Below, piece after piece: positions 36,761 through 50,508 of a stretch of 64,000 bases of DNA. The position numbers and the translations under genes are program-made. The notes under the pieces are model-generated. The model was not told where the DNA came from, ran no database searches, and was given only the letters and a program-made list of their open reading frames with translations. The DNA is from Camelus dromedarius (lineage: Eukaryota): assembly GCF_036321535.1 (NCBI RefSeq), contig NC_087436.1, positions 68,760,001 to 68,824,000 on the forward strand. Direction: 5' to 3'. Position 1 is the first letter of the stretch. The number at the start of each line of letters is the position of its first letter.

Positions 36761-39700
36761 TAAGAATTTTATTTATACTAGTAAATTGTGATTAAACGTG
36801 ATAACAGGTGATAGGTATTTTATGAAAGTTTGTGACTTCACAGGCTGTATCATCGTCTTTAATTTAGAAAGGATGTGACACTCTTGCCCATCTTTCTGTT
36901 TGTTGTGTACTTCATTCTTTGCCACACCAAGCCAAGGACAATCATAAAATAAATACTTTCCATACATTATGGAAATTAATGGGTAGTACTATCTTTGAAT
37001 TCTCTCTTCTCTGTGATAAAATCCTGTTTTTCTCATGGCATATGAAATAGATTCAGAAAAGTAATTGAGTAGGTGTACAAAGTGTGGGATAAGCAAGCAG
37101 AACAGTTGGAACTAAAATTCACTTAGTCTTTTTCTGAGTATGTCTTTTGAAAATAATTCTAATTCAATACTGCCAGTAGATGTGTGGACAGCAGAGTGTA
37201 GTACAAGTATGTTTGGGGTTCCGGTAAGGATGGAGAGTGTTGGGCAGTGTTTTCAGGCAGGGCAGAGCCCAAGAAAACATAGAGGAAGAATAGCATGGAA
37301 GTGAGAAAAGATATTCCTGTTTATTGTGTGGGAAAGGATAGGAAATGAATTTGGAAGGTTATGTTGAGGTTACTTTGTGAGAAATAATGAATGCTAAATA
37401 ACTGGAATGTGTAATAAAATTAGACAACTTGAATTCTAGGCTCTACTGTTTTCACCAACCAACAATTAGTTGGTGAAAACAGCCTAAGGAAAAAAATTAC
37501 TTATTCCTCTATGAGTCTCATTTATTCCTGAGAAAATGAGAAGCTGAATCAGGTGGTCTTAGAGAACATTTTCAACTCTAAAATTATATGACTTTATCTT
37601 GTAAAGCACTGATAGCTAATGGCAAATGAATTTACTCTAGGACTGCAACTTGAGAAGTGTTCAGTTACATACACAGTTTTTAATATATTGTGCAAACCAT
37701 ATAATGGACAGGAATGCATGGGCTCCTCCATATTCTTTCTTTATATATTTTTATCAGATCCTTTGTCTTATGCCTGATATTCTGATGTTGTTTTGTTTTG
37801 TAGTAGTAAAAAGAATAAAACAATATTTTTAAAACTTTTGAATAGTTACCTAAACAAACCATTTTCATTTTACATGTTGACCTTTAAGTACTTTTCACGA
37901 GTACAAGTCTTTTTCATGAGTTACATCAGTGTATAACCTTTGTATTGTGCTTTTTATGCTTAATATTATTTCATAAGCATATCTCTGTTACTAATTTTTA
38001 TTTCTATTAGCTGTATATATTATTTCTAGTAGCTGTGTATGTATCTATTAGCTATATAAAAGTATAACTTTTTTGATGTAATTTCAGACTTACAGAAAAT
38101 TTGCAAATCTAGTACCCATATTCATCAATTATTAAGAATTTTAATGGCTACATTTTAAAATGTTAATCATATCACACCAAATAGCTTCATCATAAAATAC
38201 TGAAACCATCTTCTAATGTGAAGTGTTTTGACCACCTTCATGAACGTAGTTTTTGTTTTTCACCCCACTGCTGAATTTTCCCTTGAAATAAATAAAAAAG
38301 AAAAGTAGTTTATTGGGGCAAGTTATTTAAATATTTAATGTACTTTAAAATTTTACTTTTGTTTTAATAACTTTTTAAAGATGTGAAGTATATTGTCTTC
38401 TAGTTTTTGTTTACAGCACTTTCCCCCTTACTATATACGTTCTTTCTTCTCCATCTTTGTATTTCCTGGAGCAATCAGCAAAGCCTTTTTTAATGAGTAG
38501 GCGCTTAGTCAACACATATTGTTGGCACTTCCAATAACTAAATATATTAATGCAGATCCTGGTGTCCTATTACTATTCACAACGGAACTTGGGAATGAGT
38601 CAGACGAGTGGGATGGGAAAAACTGCACTCAGTATGAAAGCAGCTTCCTGTTTCCTGTGGTGAGCTCAACGCAGAAAGAGAGGTGGGGCATGCGATTATG
38701 GTTTATGAGGCAAAGGAATTGCTCTTAACAGGGACTAATTCAAAAAACGTTGACTCTTAATCTCCAGATCCTCTGGGCGTAGCAGGATAGGACTTGACCC
38801 TTCTATTCTTGAAGTGCAGCCATTACAAGAGTAAGCAATGTAAAAGGACATACAAAAAATATCAGAATCCTCTTCTTCCCTGCCATAGACTTGATTTTAT
38901 TCCTCCAGCCGTACATTTACAAAACCGAGACAGTCTGACCTGGGAGGACTGACAGGAACACGGTTAATGAGAGAGATCATTTGTTTTGATGGAGGATACA
39001 GTACTTGAGCTATTGAGCTGGGATTTCTTGCCTTTCTAGGCTGAGGAGGGAGATCCTGGTAAAGAGAGTATCTCCGAATACACAAGTGTCTGAAAATAGA
39101 CCTAGCTTTGAAGGAAGTATGAGTCACTCAATGAAACATGCCATGACAATATGAGCAGAAGAAAACAACCCAAGAGCTGATGATCCAAGAAGGTGTGGGC
39201 CGGAGTGTTTTCTTTGAATTTGGGGTTTGTTTAGTCATCAGGTCCAGAGCAGCACAGTCATGTGGCTGTGGCTGGTAATGAATTTGTCATGACCTCACTC
39301 ACAGAGTTATTATACAGATAGAAAAAGAAAGATTTTGTGCCCACCATTTGAAAGTTGTAAAATGTTGTTTAAATATAAATGTTTACATTTATTGTAAATG
39401 TGAATTTAAAAGTTGGGTAATAATTGGATTTTGTAAATATGGCCAAGTTTAATTTTATGGATTATGACTTGTAGGCAGTGGGAAATAAGTAGGTCCTACT
39501 ATGTTTCAAAGGCTTTTGTTTATTTAGAAGGCACGTTGTAGTAGAAACAGTACACTCTTTGGAGTTAAAATACACCTAGAATTAAATCCTGGTTCTTCTG
39601 TTTACTACCTCTCAGGTTTCAGAAAAGTTGTTTATCTGCGTCAGCCTCAGTTTTCTTACATGTACAAATGAAGTTAAAGTACCATTCTCATGGAGGAGTG

Positions 39701-41369
39701 AAAATTAAATTCAGTCAAATCAAATCAAATGAACCAACAAATGTAGCCCACAATATATAATGTGGTCGTTCTTTCAGCAGTGATTCTGAAGGCAGTGTGT
39801 GTGTGTACATGTGTAGGGGTCACGATTACTGACAAGTGGAGAGAGTATACAATTTGAAAATGGCCCCAGGTGTTTCTAAAGTACCCCATTTCCTAGATTC
39901 AACATGGGACCTTGCCTTCTCCAAACTAATCTTATCCCTACAGCATTTGTTCAAACATAGTTTAAGAAATCCAAAGCTTATTACAACTTGGGATGGCTTT
40001 CATATTGGCAGTCTGTTATTTTCTTGTGCTATCCACATACTAATTTTTTTAATCAGTTTCTTATAAGGGATCAAAGAAGCCTCTTGGTCATAGATAACTT
40101 TTTATCTTGTTGAAGGAAGAAGTATATATCCTTTACTCCTCTCCTAAGTTCTCCACATGAGTCTCCCTTGGGCTGCATAGAGCTGTTTTCTTCCCTAAAG
40201 GGGTAATTTCCATTTTCCTACATACATATGCAAATTTGACTATTTTATTTTTTCTCTACAGTCAGAGAAGCAATCAGGACAAATAAATATATGTATTGAT
40301 ATTCAACATAAATCATCTCATCAGCTGAAAGTTTTGATTGATAAACTCAAATTAAAATTATCCAATATATATCCCCCAAAGGCTTTAAGTGATTTTTTGT
40401 TTAGTTGATAGCAAGAACAGTATGAATACATGTAACTCTTATAAGTAGTATCTATTTTAAAATTGATCTCATTATTGATTTATACCTATTGGTCTTAACT
40501 GGCTCTTCAAAACTGCTCTGCCCAGCAATTCAGCCAGATTTCCTTGGTTAGTGTTTATAAAAAACATTTCAGATCTTCTCTATTCTTCCCCAAATATTTA
40601 TTTTCCATCCCTTATTCCCTGCCTTTGCTTTCAACAGATGATTTACAGTTTTACTGTTGGAGAAAAAGATAGACATCTTCAGATGGACTCTCCCTCACTT
40701 GCTACTGTATCTGTAAATCTTACACATCTGCCTGTATTCTTCCTATTATAGTGGAAGAGGTTTTCGTCCTCCCTTGGGAGCCTAATCTTTTCACTTGTGC
40801 TTTGTCTGCATGACTTTGTCCTCCTTCTTCCTAATCTGCTTCTCCACTATTTTCAGTCTCTACAAGTCACCTCCCATTCACTCTGGTTCTCATACTAGAA
40901 ATCTGAGTGTCAACCTTGACTCCATCTTTTTTCTCAATGTCTTAATGTGCATAAATATTTATTGAACCCATTTTCCCCCTTGTCCTTGTACCCACTGCCA
41001 CCACATGACTCCAGGCCACTGTAATTTTTCAGCTGAGTTACTGCTACAGTCTTGATTAGCTTTTCTGCCTCTAATCTTCTCCACTCTAGTCCATTCTTCA
41101 TGGCTACAAGAATGATCATTACACATGTTATGTCACTGTCCTTTTAAAATTTTTTCAGCAGCTCCTCTTGTGTTTAAGATAGAGTTCACTCTCCTTAACG
41201 TGGGTGGCAGATCTCTGCGGCATGTAGACCTTGCCTACCCTTTCACTTTCCTTTCCTGTCCTGCTTCTCACACTCTATACTCTATCCACTGAATTTCCTT
41301 TAGTTACTTTAACATACTGCCCACTCTGACTCCTCCAGGTCTGTTCCCTCAGCTTGCCCTCATTTCATG

Positions 41370-42650
41370 CAGTGGATGAGCAGGAAAAGCTGAATACCAA
41401 GCACAGAATTGGATAGAGTGGCTGAAGTCCAACAATGATTGAATATCCAACAGAGACAGATCTGTTATTCCAAAGTTAGAGCCCTGGTTGGTAAAACTTA
41501 GGTCCTGATATGTAGGATGTAGTTATCTGGCCAGATGTCCCTGAAGATTTTGACTCTGCAGATTTCTTTTGGGCCTCTGAGTCTGCAGAAGTGGATCCTT
41601 TCTCCTTTGAGAGCTAGCATTCTGCAGGGACACTGCAGAGGCCTCTTCCCCACAAGACAATAGCTTTCCTCTCCAGGAGCTGCATGCATCTTCTCTCCTG
41701 GCTGCCAGGCCTATTACCAAGTCACAATAGAGCCATCTGGGAATGTGTCAGGCCTGAAGAGAGAGGAAAAATTCTGCGTACCAAAGGGGCTACAAAAATT
41801 TAGCAGCAAATACTGGTAGGGACTGTGGGAATACTTTGTGCTTGAGTAGATTCCAAGGGTGCTTGATCAAGGGAACTGGAATATAAGGCTGGATATATTG
41901 AAGGGATTCTTGATTTGGAAGCAATCTCTTAGTATATAGGACATAACGCCTGACAAGATGCCTAAAAAATGGTTTAAACTTGCTGCTGGCATGGCTTCTA
42001 GAAGTCTGGAAAAAGCAGTGGCCCATGCTAAGCAAAGTTAAAATTCCAAAATTTTTTTGGGAGACAGTAGAGGCCAAGGGGTTAAAAAACTGAGAATTGG
42101 GCACAGTAAATGAATAGATTATCTCAAGGCCCATCAGAAAGCACAGGACGATCCAGATAATACACCATTTACCAAGGCCATTGGGAATGTGCTGGTGAGA
42201 GAGGGACCAGTAGGAGATCAGCTCGTTCCGTTTTGCTTGGGACTGTCCAGGCTTTAGCATTCTGGACTCCTCCTCAATCCTAGGCAGGCTGGCACAGTTG
42301 GCCACTCTAGACCAGTATCACTAAGTGTTGGCATTATGGGCACATGAATGGCATGGCCACAGAGGGACAGATGGAAGCCCTATGTGGGCCCAACAGCATA
42401 GACTCCCTCTTGTCAACACCAGTCCAACTCAGAATGTCCAACCCATCATCAACAGGGACAAACACTGAACCCACAGGATGGAACTATTCCTCAAAGAGAC
42501 TGACTGGCCACCTGGAAGCAGGTTGACTACATTGGACCCCTTCCATCCTAGAAATACCAGCTATTTTTTCCTCACAGGCATAGACTACTATTCTGAATGT
42601 GGGTTTGTCTTGCCAACCCAGAGGGCCTAGCCAGCAGTACTATTTGGTTT
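41370..42650 (+). mobile_element. ERVL/MaLR internal sequence with degraded gag and integrase
   Basis: Interrupted translations: LLAARPIT, RVLDQGNWNIRLD, NLLLAWLLEVWKKQWPMLSKV, PDNTPFTKAIGNVLVREGPV (ERVL gag-like); WAHEWHGH...WAQQHRLPL...WKQVDYIGPLPS (ERVL integrase-like). Confidence 0.85.
42211..42309. mobile_element. MER81-like hAT-Blackjack MITE inserted in the ERVL gag remnant
   Basis: Degenerate TIRs taggagatcagc...gttggccactcta; GACCAGTA repeated at 42205-42212 and 42310-42317. Confidence 0.7.
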
Positions 42651-43499
42651 GTTCTGAACATCTTAACTGGGTAGATGCCTACAATCAAGACAAGGGTTTT
42701 CGGGTTTTTGTTTTTTCTTCCTGGAGATACTTCTTTAATAACTGATTTCATTGTGATTGTTACAGGTTATTAAAAAAATACCTTATATTATCCTGTGCAT
42801 TCAGTAGTGAAATGAGGATGTCTGGAAATATCACCTGACATATATTTTCACTTTCTTGACAAGTAAAGAAAAAAATCCAAAGAACTCACAGGTTTTTTGG
42901 AGTTTTGTTTATTTGTTTGTTTGTTTGCTATGAAGTATATTCTTTTCAGGTTATGACTAGGTGTAATTTGAATGTGATATGGGATTGACATAGTTTTTTC
43001 CACTGTCATATCTTTATATCTATATTTTCATTTTAATAGAATTCTTGAGCAGCAATAAGACCATGAATTAGTATTTAAAATTAATACTAAAATTGTATTA
43101 AAGACAATATAAACATCCTGCAAGAATTTGGTACTTGCTAAGTGTTAAACTATTGTATAGAAGATTCTTTCTAGTAACATTAGTGGCATGAAAGATAGCA
43201 AAGATGATAAGTTAGAAGGAATTTAATTATAGTTTTAAAGTCAGAGATAATGTCTCATCATATATTAATGAATATATAATAGTATTTTAAAAGTAGTTTT
43301 TTTTGAGTATATGTATAGTTATGCAATCTAAATCTAAATCTAAATCTAAAACTCTAAGGGCCTTAGAATCGATTAAATAATAGATACAGATTCCCATGGT
43401 ATGTGCTCTTTTTAGTATCCTGTTGGGAACCACCTTGGCTTCCTGCAAGAGCACAAACCAGGCTTCTGGCAGAGGGGGAAATTTCATTAGATGAGATGA

Positions 43500-44420
43500 G
43501 TGGGGGTGTTTGGGGAGATAAAATTACATTAAATATTAGTATAAAACTTTTTTCATTTTTATTTTTACATCCCTTAAAGGAAACAATGTATATATGTCTT
43601 AAAGAGAATGAATAAACCATTATTAATAAGAAGTAGAAAACATCCCACAAAGGAAGGGAAGTAATTAGAAATATTTACTAAGGTCTCTATTGGTCTGGGG
43701 ATGGGTGTGTGATTGAGGAATAAAATATAGATAATTTAAAAATTAGTCAGAAAATGTAAGAAAGAAATCATAGAAAAAAAAGGTAAAGGAGTTATACCAA
43801 ACATAAAAATTACACAATATACATGAATGGTTTAAACAGATGTAGTGAAAGGCAAAGATTCTTCTGATGGTTTTAAAAAGAAAGTCCAGTTATCAGAAGT
43901 CTGTACACGTCAGATACACAATTAAAACAAAACGAAAGCTAAAGAAGAGAGAAGGAACAAAGATAGCAGGCAAATTATACAGAGATGGCAAGGGTAGAGG
44001 TCCAAAACAGCATTAACCAAGATAAAGAGGGTAATTTGTATTGATAAAAAGTACACACCAAATATTCAACAATTTAAAAAATGAGAACAATAATGTAACA
44101 GCAGATACAGAAGACATAAGAATACATGAAATTATACCAAAAATATTGTCTCCAGAAAATAAATTTCTGAAAAAAAATTACTGAAATTGAATCAAGAATG
44201 AGAAAACTTGGACAGAAAAATAACTGTGGAAGAATAGTAAATATTCTATAAAATAATTTTCCTGAAAGCATTGGCACTGATAATATTTCAAGAAAGTTAT
44301 TTCCTATGCTATCTTAAGTCTTCTCAAGTATAGAGTATGCTGAAATCTTCTCAGTGAACTTTACAACACTGATATTATCTTGGTTAATTAAAATCTTGAT
44401 AGAACATTAATAAATGTACC
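43500..44420 (+). mobile_element. Ancient LINE-1 remnant
   Basis: EN-like aattacacaatatacatgaatggtttaaac and agataaagagggtaatttgtattgataaaaag. Confidence 0.55.
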
Positions 44421-44794
44421 AATCTAGCACTGAGTAATTATTAACTATATTTGAATTAATAAACCCCTGGATCTGTCTTTTCTAGAATAAGCTACACAGG
44501 ATTGTCTACAAACCAAATCCTTGTAATTTAGAGTGTTTGCCCTTATGATCTTCAATTTGGGGTTGGTATTTGAGAATACTTTTTTTGTTTTTTGTTTTAC
44601 TTATAATATCCATAGCAAGTCCTACTAGATCTTTAGTTACATAAACCTTTTATGAAACTTGGGTTTTTCCTGCTTTGATCCAAAGTTTCTTGATTTGGTT
44701 TTGTGGGATTTTTTTATTGTTATTTTGAATAGGTTGATTTTTCTATTTCTTTTTCTATGTATTTTCTGCTAAATTCAAGACAGTCTACTGATTT

Positions 44795-45128
44795 TCTCCT
44801 CAGTTTTATTGAGGCATAATTGACATGTAACACTGTGTAAGTTTAACATGTATGTGTGATGATTAGACACACATATATTGCAAAATGTTTACTGCAATAA
44901 GGTTAATTAATACATCCTTTACCTCACATAATTACCGTTTCATTGTTGTTGTTATGAGAACATTAAAGCTCCACTCTTGGAGCAACTTTCAGGTATACAG
45001 TACAGTATTATAACTAGAGTCACCATGGTGCATATTAGCTCCTGGGACTTACTCATCTCATAACTGAAATTTGAATCCTTTAACCAACATCTCCCCATCT
45101 CCCTGTTCCCCAGTCCTTGGCAACCTAC
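44795..45128 (-). mobile_element. LINE-1 3' end (L1MA9-like)
   Basis: ttttattgaggcataattgacatgtaacactgtgtaagttt...cagtccttggcaacc. Confidence 0.85.
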
Positions 45129-45360
45129 TGTGCAGCATAGTGACTGTAGTTAATAATACTGTATTGTATACTTGAAATCTTCTACGAGTAAATCTTAAGT
45201 GTTCTCACTACAAAAAAAAAAAAAAGATAAACATGTTAGTGATGGGTGTGTTACTTAATGCGGTATTCATTTCACAATGTATATATATATAATCAAGTCA
45301 TCATGTTGTATACTTTAAATTTACACAGTTTTATTGCCAATTCTCTTTCAGAAGCGTGGA
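45129..45360 (+). mobile_element. LINE-1 3' end (L1MA-type)
   Basis: tgcagcatagtgactgtagttaataatactgtattgtatacttgaaat...actttaaatttacacagttttattgccaatt. Confidence 0.85.
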
Positions 45361-45364
45361 ACAG

Positions 45365-45472
45365 ATGTTAATATAGTCCAAAACACCCTCATAGAAACAT
45401 CCAAAATATTGTTTAACCATATATCTGGGCACTGTGTCCCAATCAAGATGATACATAAAACTAACCATCACA
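45365..45472 (-). mobile_element. MLT2-type (ERVL) LTR 5' terminus, truncated
   Basis: Reverse complement begins TGTGATGGTTAGTTTTATGTATCATCTTGATTGGGACACAGTGCCCAGATAT. Confidence 0.75.
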
Positions 45473-47269
45473 GAGTTCAAATAACAGACCCACAGTGGCT
45501 TAGCTGGTAGGCTGTAGAACTGGAATTCAAATAAATTCTGTTTAATTTCACATTGTTTACTTCTATGTTATGCTTCCATGCATGCTATCCATCAAATGTG
45601 TGATTTGGTAGTATAATCTTTTACAAATAGTTTAAAAGATTATTTGAACCTATATTTAATAATTCAGCTGATTCAAATGAGCAACAATGGCCAGGCTTTG
45701 TATTAGTGTTGAACTCTTTCACTAATCTGTGAAACATGTGATTGTAGAGAGGTATACTTGAACAGGATTTGAGGTCATTTGGAATCATGAAAATGCATCA
45801 TAACATCCTTTTGACACAAAGATAACAATTCTCACTGTTGAAAGAGCATGCACTTGAGTTGTTTTGTTTTTGTTTTTGTTTTTAGTAATACTGGTACATT
45901 TCCTCTGATTCATCCTTATTTGTTTTTAAAGACTTTTGAACAAAAATGTTCAAAACTATGATAGTTTTTTGGGGGATTAGGAATAGTCTGTAGTCATGGA
46001 ACAGGGAGAAGCTACCAGTTCACCTTGGAATCCAGTCTGTTTTTGTTTTGTTTTGTTTTATTATTTATCCTGGGCTCTAAGCTGTTGATCTGATTTCTTT
46101 TCAGAGGCATCTAAATGAGAAGGAAATAAAGAATTTGATTCAAGTAGGAGATGGTGTAATTATCTCCTATTTGATGGTTAGGTTCTGAAAATGGCCCAGT
46201 GAAAGGCAGTGTGAGAGCAAGGTGTTTTTCGAGTGGTTTTCATGAAAAGTCAGAAATAGTGTTTGTGCTTCTGCACTATGAGTAGTATTTGTTGCCTCAG
46301 ACAGCGTGGGAGAGAGGAAACAGAGCTGTGCTCAGCTGTGATGTGACTCCTCACCTAGAATGGGCTCCTCCATGCTCCATTCTAACTTTCCCTTATGAAT
46401 TTGGGATGTGCTCATTTAAGAGAATATGGGGAAAAGTTTTTGATTTAGAAGGTCTCCTGAAAGGTCAAAGCCTTGCCCTACTGTATCTTGATTACTTCTG
46501 GTGTAGGCAGAGAGCAGGAGGTCTTTAGAAACATTCAAGAACATGCAAAGCAGGACCAGCACAGATTGGAAAGCAGTGTAAAGAAAGTGACCCTGGAAAG
46601 CAGTTAACAACTGAGAACTGAGGTGTGTTTCCTTCATAGAAATCATAACTAGCCTCTGTTAATTTATTCTTTCACTAAACATAGTATATACAGAATATTG
46701 TACTAAGTACTATGGGGAATACAAAGATGAATAAAACAACCTTTAGCCTAACAAATTAGAATAGTTTTAGAGATAATAAATGTACATAAAATATTACACA
46801 GTAAAGTATGAGAAATGCTTTAGGGGAAGAACAAAAACATTTGATGGAGAGTAATTTTGTCTGGAATAATAAAGGTATTCTTGGTAGAGGTGATAATTGA
46901 GCTAAATCTCATAGAGTGAAGAGAACATTGCATGACCTACTATCTACGTGTTCTAGAAATAAAGAGTAACATTCAGTGTTATAAGAGCACTGAGTACAAG
47001 TAAAACAAAACTTACTGGTTGTTGGCAGATTGTAAAGGGCCTTAAAAGCTAGGGTGACATGGATTTAGACTCAGTTTGTCAGGCAAAGGGAAAATCAGTG
47101 AAGATTTGAGTCCATGGGAGTAGCATTCTTGAATAGCATCATAACCTAGCGACAGTTTGCTAAATGGATAGAGTAGAGATAAATTAAAGATGGGGAAAGC
47201 AGTGGGAGCAGGTGACATAATAACAATATGATGTTAATAATGTGAATGATTATTCCAGAATGTTCTATA

Positions 47270-47500
47270 GGAACTGCAGGTTAGGTTGTGAAATCAATTT
47301 TGTTGGTGGAGCAAGCATTTTTAAAAAATGAAACAGAATAGAAAATATTAGATTTTATTGTATTTAGTAAGGTGGGTATTGTTTTATGAAACTTTCGTTT
47401 CAATTTCTAATACATACGGATTTTGTTACGTATCTATGGAGCTATGATATAAAATATATTTCTTACTGTGGATTGTTGTCAAGATGGAAAAACTCTACTA
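47270..47500. mobile_element. hAT-Charlie non-autonomous element (subfamily uncertain)
   Basis: ggttgtgaaatcaattttgttggt...aaaatatatttcttactgtgg. Confidence 0.5.
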
Positions 47501-47782
47501 CAGGGTATATTCATAGAAAACCTGTCTTTACTGGAATGGTTAATGGTGCTCCATGAATATAGTGAAGGTAAGGGTAGGAGAGAGACTCTCTAAGCACACT
47601 GTGTGTGGAGATCACTCTGTATTTGAAATAGCCACTGACTAAAAACACTTATTCTGCTGTTTCTTTTAGGAACATGATAGTGAACATACAGTTTGACTAG
47701 GAGTTTGTAGGTTTTGAACACTTAGTGTCTTAATTTTGAGATAGCTCTGGCATTTCTGAAAATAATCAAGCTCCTTTGGAAC

Positions 47783-47997
47783 AATAGTTCTCAACAGGGA
47801 TAAGTCTCCCCTTAGGAGACATTTGCCAATGTCTGGATATATTTTTGAGTATTATAATTTTGGGAGAAGGAGTATGTTACATCATCTAGTAGGTCAGGGG
47901 TGCTGCTAAAATTCTACGGTCCATAAGATAACTCTCAAAGCAAAGAATTATCCAGGCCAGAATGTCCAAAGTGAGAAAGTTGAGTTGAGAAATCTTG
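47783..47997. mobile_element. MER20 hAT-Charlie element
   Basis: agttctcaacaggg...ggagacatttgccaatgtctgga...ggtgctgctaaa...aagaattatccaggccagaatgtc...gttgagaaatc. Confidence 0.85.
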
Positions 47998-48123
47998 CTT
48001 CGGAGTGACCCAAACTACTTATTTAAAAGAAATGTGGTTTTAACAGCATTTGAGAAAAAGATTCATGTTATTAGTCTAACACAGATTCAGTGATATTATT
48101 TGTAGAATGCTCCAATCACCAAC

Positions 48124-48129
48124 TTTATT
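48124..48129 (-). terminator. Candidate distal polyadenylation signal (AATAAA) of TMPRSS11A
   Basis: AATAAA on minus about 1.83 kb after the stop, just before repeat-rich sequence resumes. Confidence 0.4.
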
Positions 48130-48930
48130 ATTAGATTTTAAATGATACAGTGGTATTCATTTACATGTGACCCAGAATTAAATATTGCACAAAACAAATG
48201 CAAAGTTTTACCTCTAAGATAATTTCTTGAATCTTAACACTAGAAATCAAAATTATATCTTACCATCATAATACTGAATAGTTTATATGTGTATGTATAA
48301 TTTTACATGTGAAGAAGCAACTTTATCTTGAAGTGAGTTCAGAAAATTGACAGCAAGCCAATTTAAAATTCTTAAGAGTTTCTTAATTTAAAACATTTCA
48401 TAGAACTCACTGTAATTTTTCTACAACTGATGATTCAATAAATATAGACAATCATAAAGATACTTTGTAAGGAAAAGGGCATGTAAAATTGGCACCTGGG
48501 TATGAAGACCGCTGGGGATACAAATTACCTACAGCTTCACCAAGTCATTTACATTCCTTGCCTTCAGTTCTCTGAACCATGAGTATGTTGGCGCATGTGA
48601 CATGTCGTCTCTCCTAAGCTTTAAAATTTTGTGAGTCTAAGTTACGGAACAGTTTTTGTGATGAATAAATTTTAAATCTCTTCTAGATTATTTTAGGATT
48701 ATTTTCATGCCTTATCAGTTGCACGTGGGGGAAATTACTACAAAGTGATTTTTCCACTGGTTTGGCTTATATTTGAACCACATAAGTAAATGACACTCTG
48801 CCTGTAACCCTGATGTTTAGCTAGCCTTGTGACATAGAGTAACAGTTTCCACAAAAGTCTTCATTTAATTGTATAATGGAATACATGAGCCTGACGGTCC
48901 TAATGTCTTCATGAAACACTACCTAGGGGG

Positions 48931-48936
48931 TTTATT
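48931..48936 (-). terminator. Candidate proximal polyadenylation signal (AATAAA) of TMPRSS11A
   Basis: AATAAA on minus about 1.0 kb after the stop. Confidence 0.3.
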
Positions 48937-49956
48937 TGCTCTTTCAGATCACTTTGTTCATGTGTTCTGTATGGTAATCCTCAAAATTTACATTTCTTAA
49001 TTTTTTTTAAACTAGTTTTCATGGTTGAAATAGTCAGGCTATTGCTGCAAGCCTTAGGAGATAATTGATTGCAGTAATACAAAGGAATAAACTTTTTCTA
49101 TGTGGAAAGATAATGCTCATTAATTCTTCAACATATTAGCAAATTCTCAATTTTTTCTAGGCATTAATGTACAAGGACGCCTCCTGGTGGTCCAAATATA
49201 TAAATGCATCTATAAAATGTCCAATTTTTGTGCCATTGTTTCGGGACTGCTCATAAAACTACCATCACCTTTCCCCTCTGTAACAAAAATACATTTTGAT
49301 TAGCTAATTACTATATATATTTACTCATTAATCAGGTTTTTCTGGGTATATCTGAAGTTAAGTATATTGTGTGTGTATATATGTTAAAGAATCACCAAGA
49401 AATTAGGGAGGTTTCACAGCTGACAAAAGTTAGATTTCTGGCTTGATTTATCACCATACTTTGTTTCCTAGATATAACTTTGTTTTTAAATGAGGATCCT
49501 TTCAATGGGGTTATAAATAGAAAATGTGGGAAATCTCTTTGGAAAATCTGGAAGAACAAGAAAAAAAAAGAAGTATTTGTGAGCTCTGGAGAAATAATAG
49601 AAAATTATATAAGGGTTTCCTGAACTCTGAGAGTTTAAAAAGTTTCTCACTTAAGGGGACACCCCTAACAAAGACATTCTAAAAATATCGTGGATTGTCC
49701 TCAGAAATTTGCACTACTCCTCATTAATATTCTAGCTTGCATGATTTAAAGAGCTGCAGGCCAGGTTAAATTGATCCACTACTTTACAGATTTAAATCTT
49801 TTTTAAATTGGCTATGGGTTTTTGACTGATGAAAGCAGTGTTGAACTAAATCATGTCATTTAATCTCACTTCATTGTACTTACATCCACAGAATATTTGG
49901 ATTCTCATACATGTATGATCTGCATACAGCTCTCCATGTTTAACTTGTATAGGGAA

Positions 49957-50148
<192 letters not shown>

Positions 50149-50299
50149 CTAAATATATAACTTATTACTTAAGATATTTTAATGAACCACATGCTTTATT
50201 ATTGGTAGTAAATGTATAGATTACCAATTATAGGATAATTAATTGAAACATGGATTTCAAAAGTTATAAAGGCCTCAGTTCAATTTCAACATTTTAATT

Positions 50300-50508
50300 T
50301 TTAAAAATTTTTCAGCTTTATAGACAAATAATTTAAAAATACAATTATATATATTTAAAGTATATAACATGATAATTTGACATATATACTTTGTGAAATG
50401 ATTACCACAATCAGGTTAATTAACACATTTATCACCTCACAGTTACTTTGTGTGTTTGTGTGAGAATGTTTACGGTCTACTCTTAAAATTTCACGTATAC
50501 AGCACAGA
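50300..50508 (-). mobile_element. LINE-1 3' end (L1MA-type) in TMPRSS11A intron 9
   Basis: tatatttaaagtatataacatgataatttgacata...atgattaccacaatcaggttaattaacac. Confidence 0.8.

Noticed and set aside
41790..42305. Longest ORF in the track (171 aa, minus)
   Set aside because: It is antisense to the degraded ERVL gag and spans a MITE; no recognisable protein
44795..45360. Twin-priming inversion of a single L1
   Set aside because: Both arms contain the same 3' terminus, whereas twin priming yields non-overlapping segments
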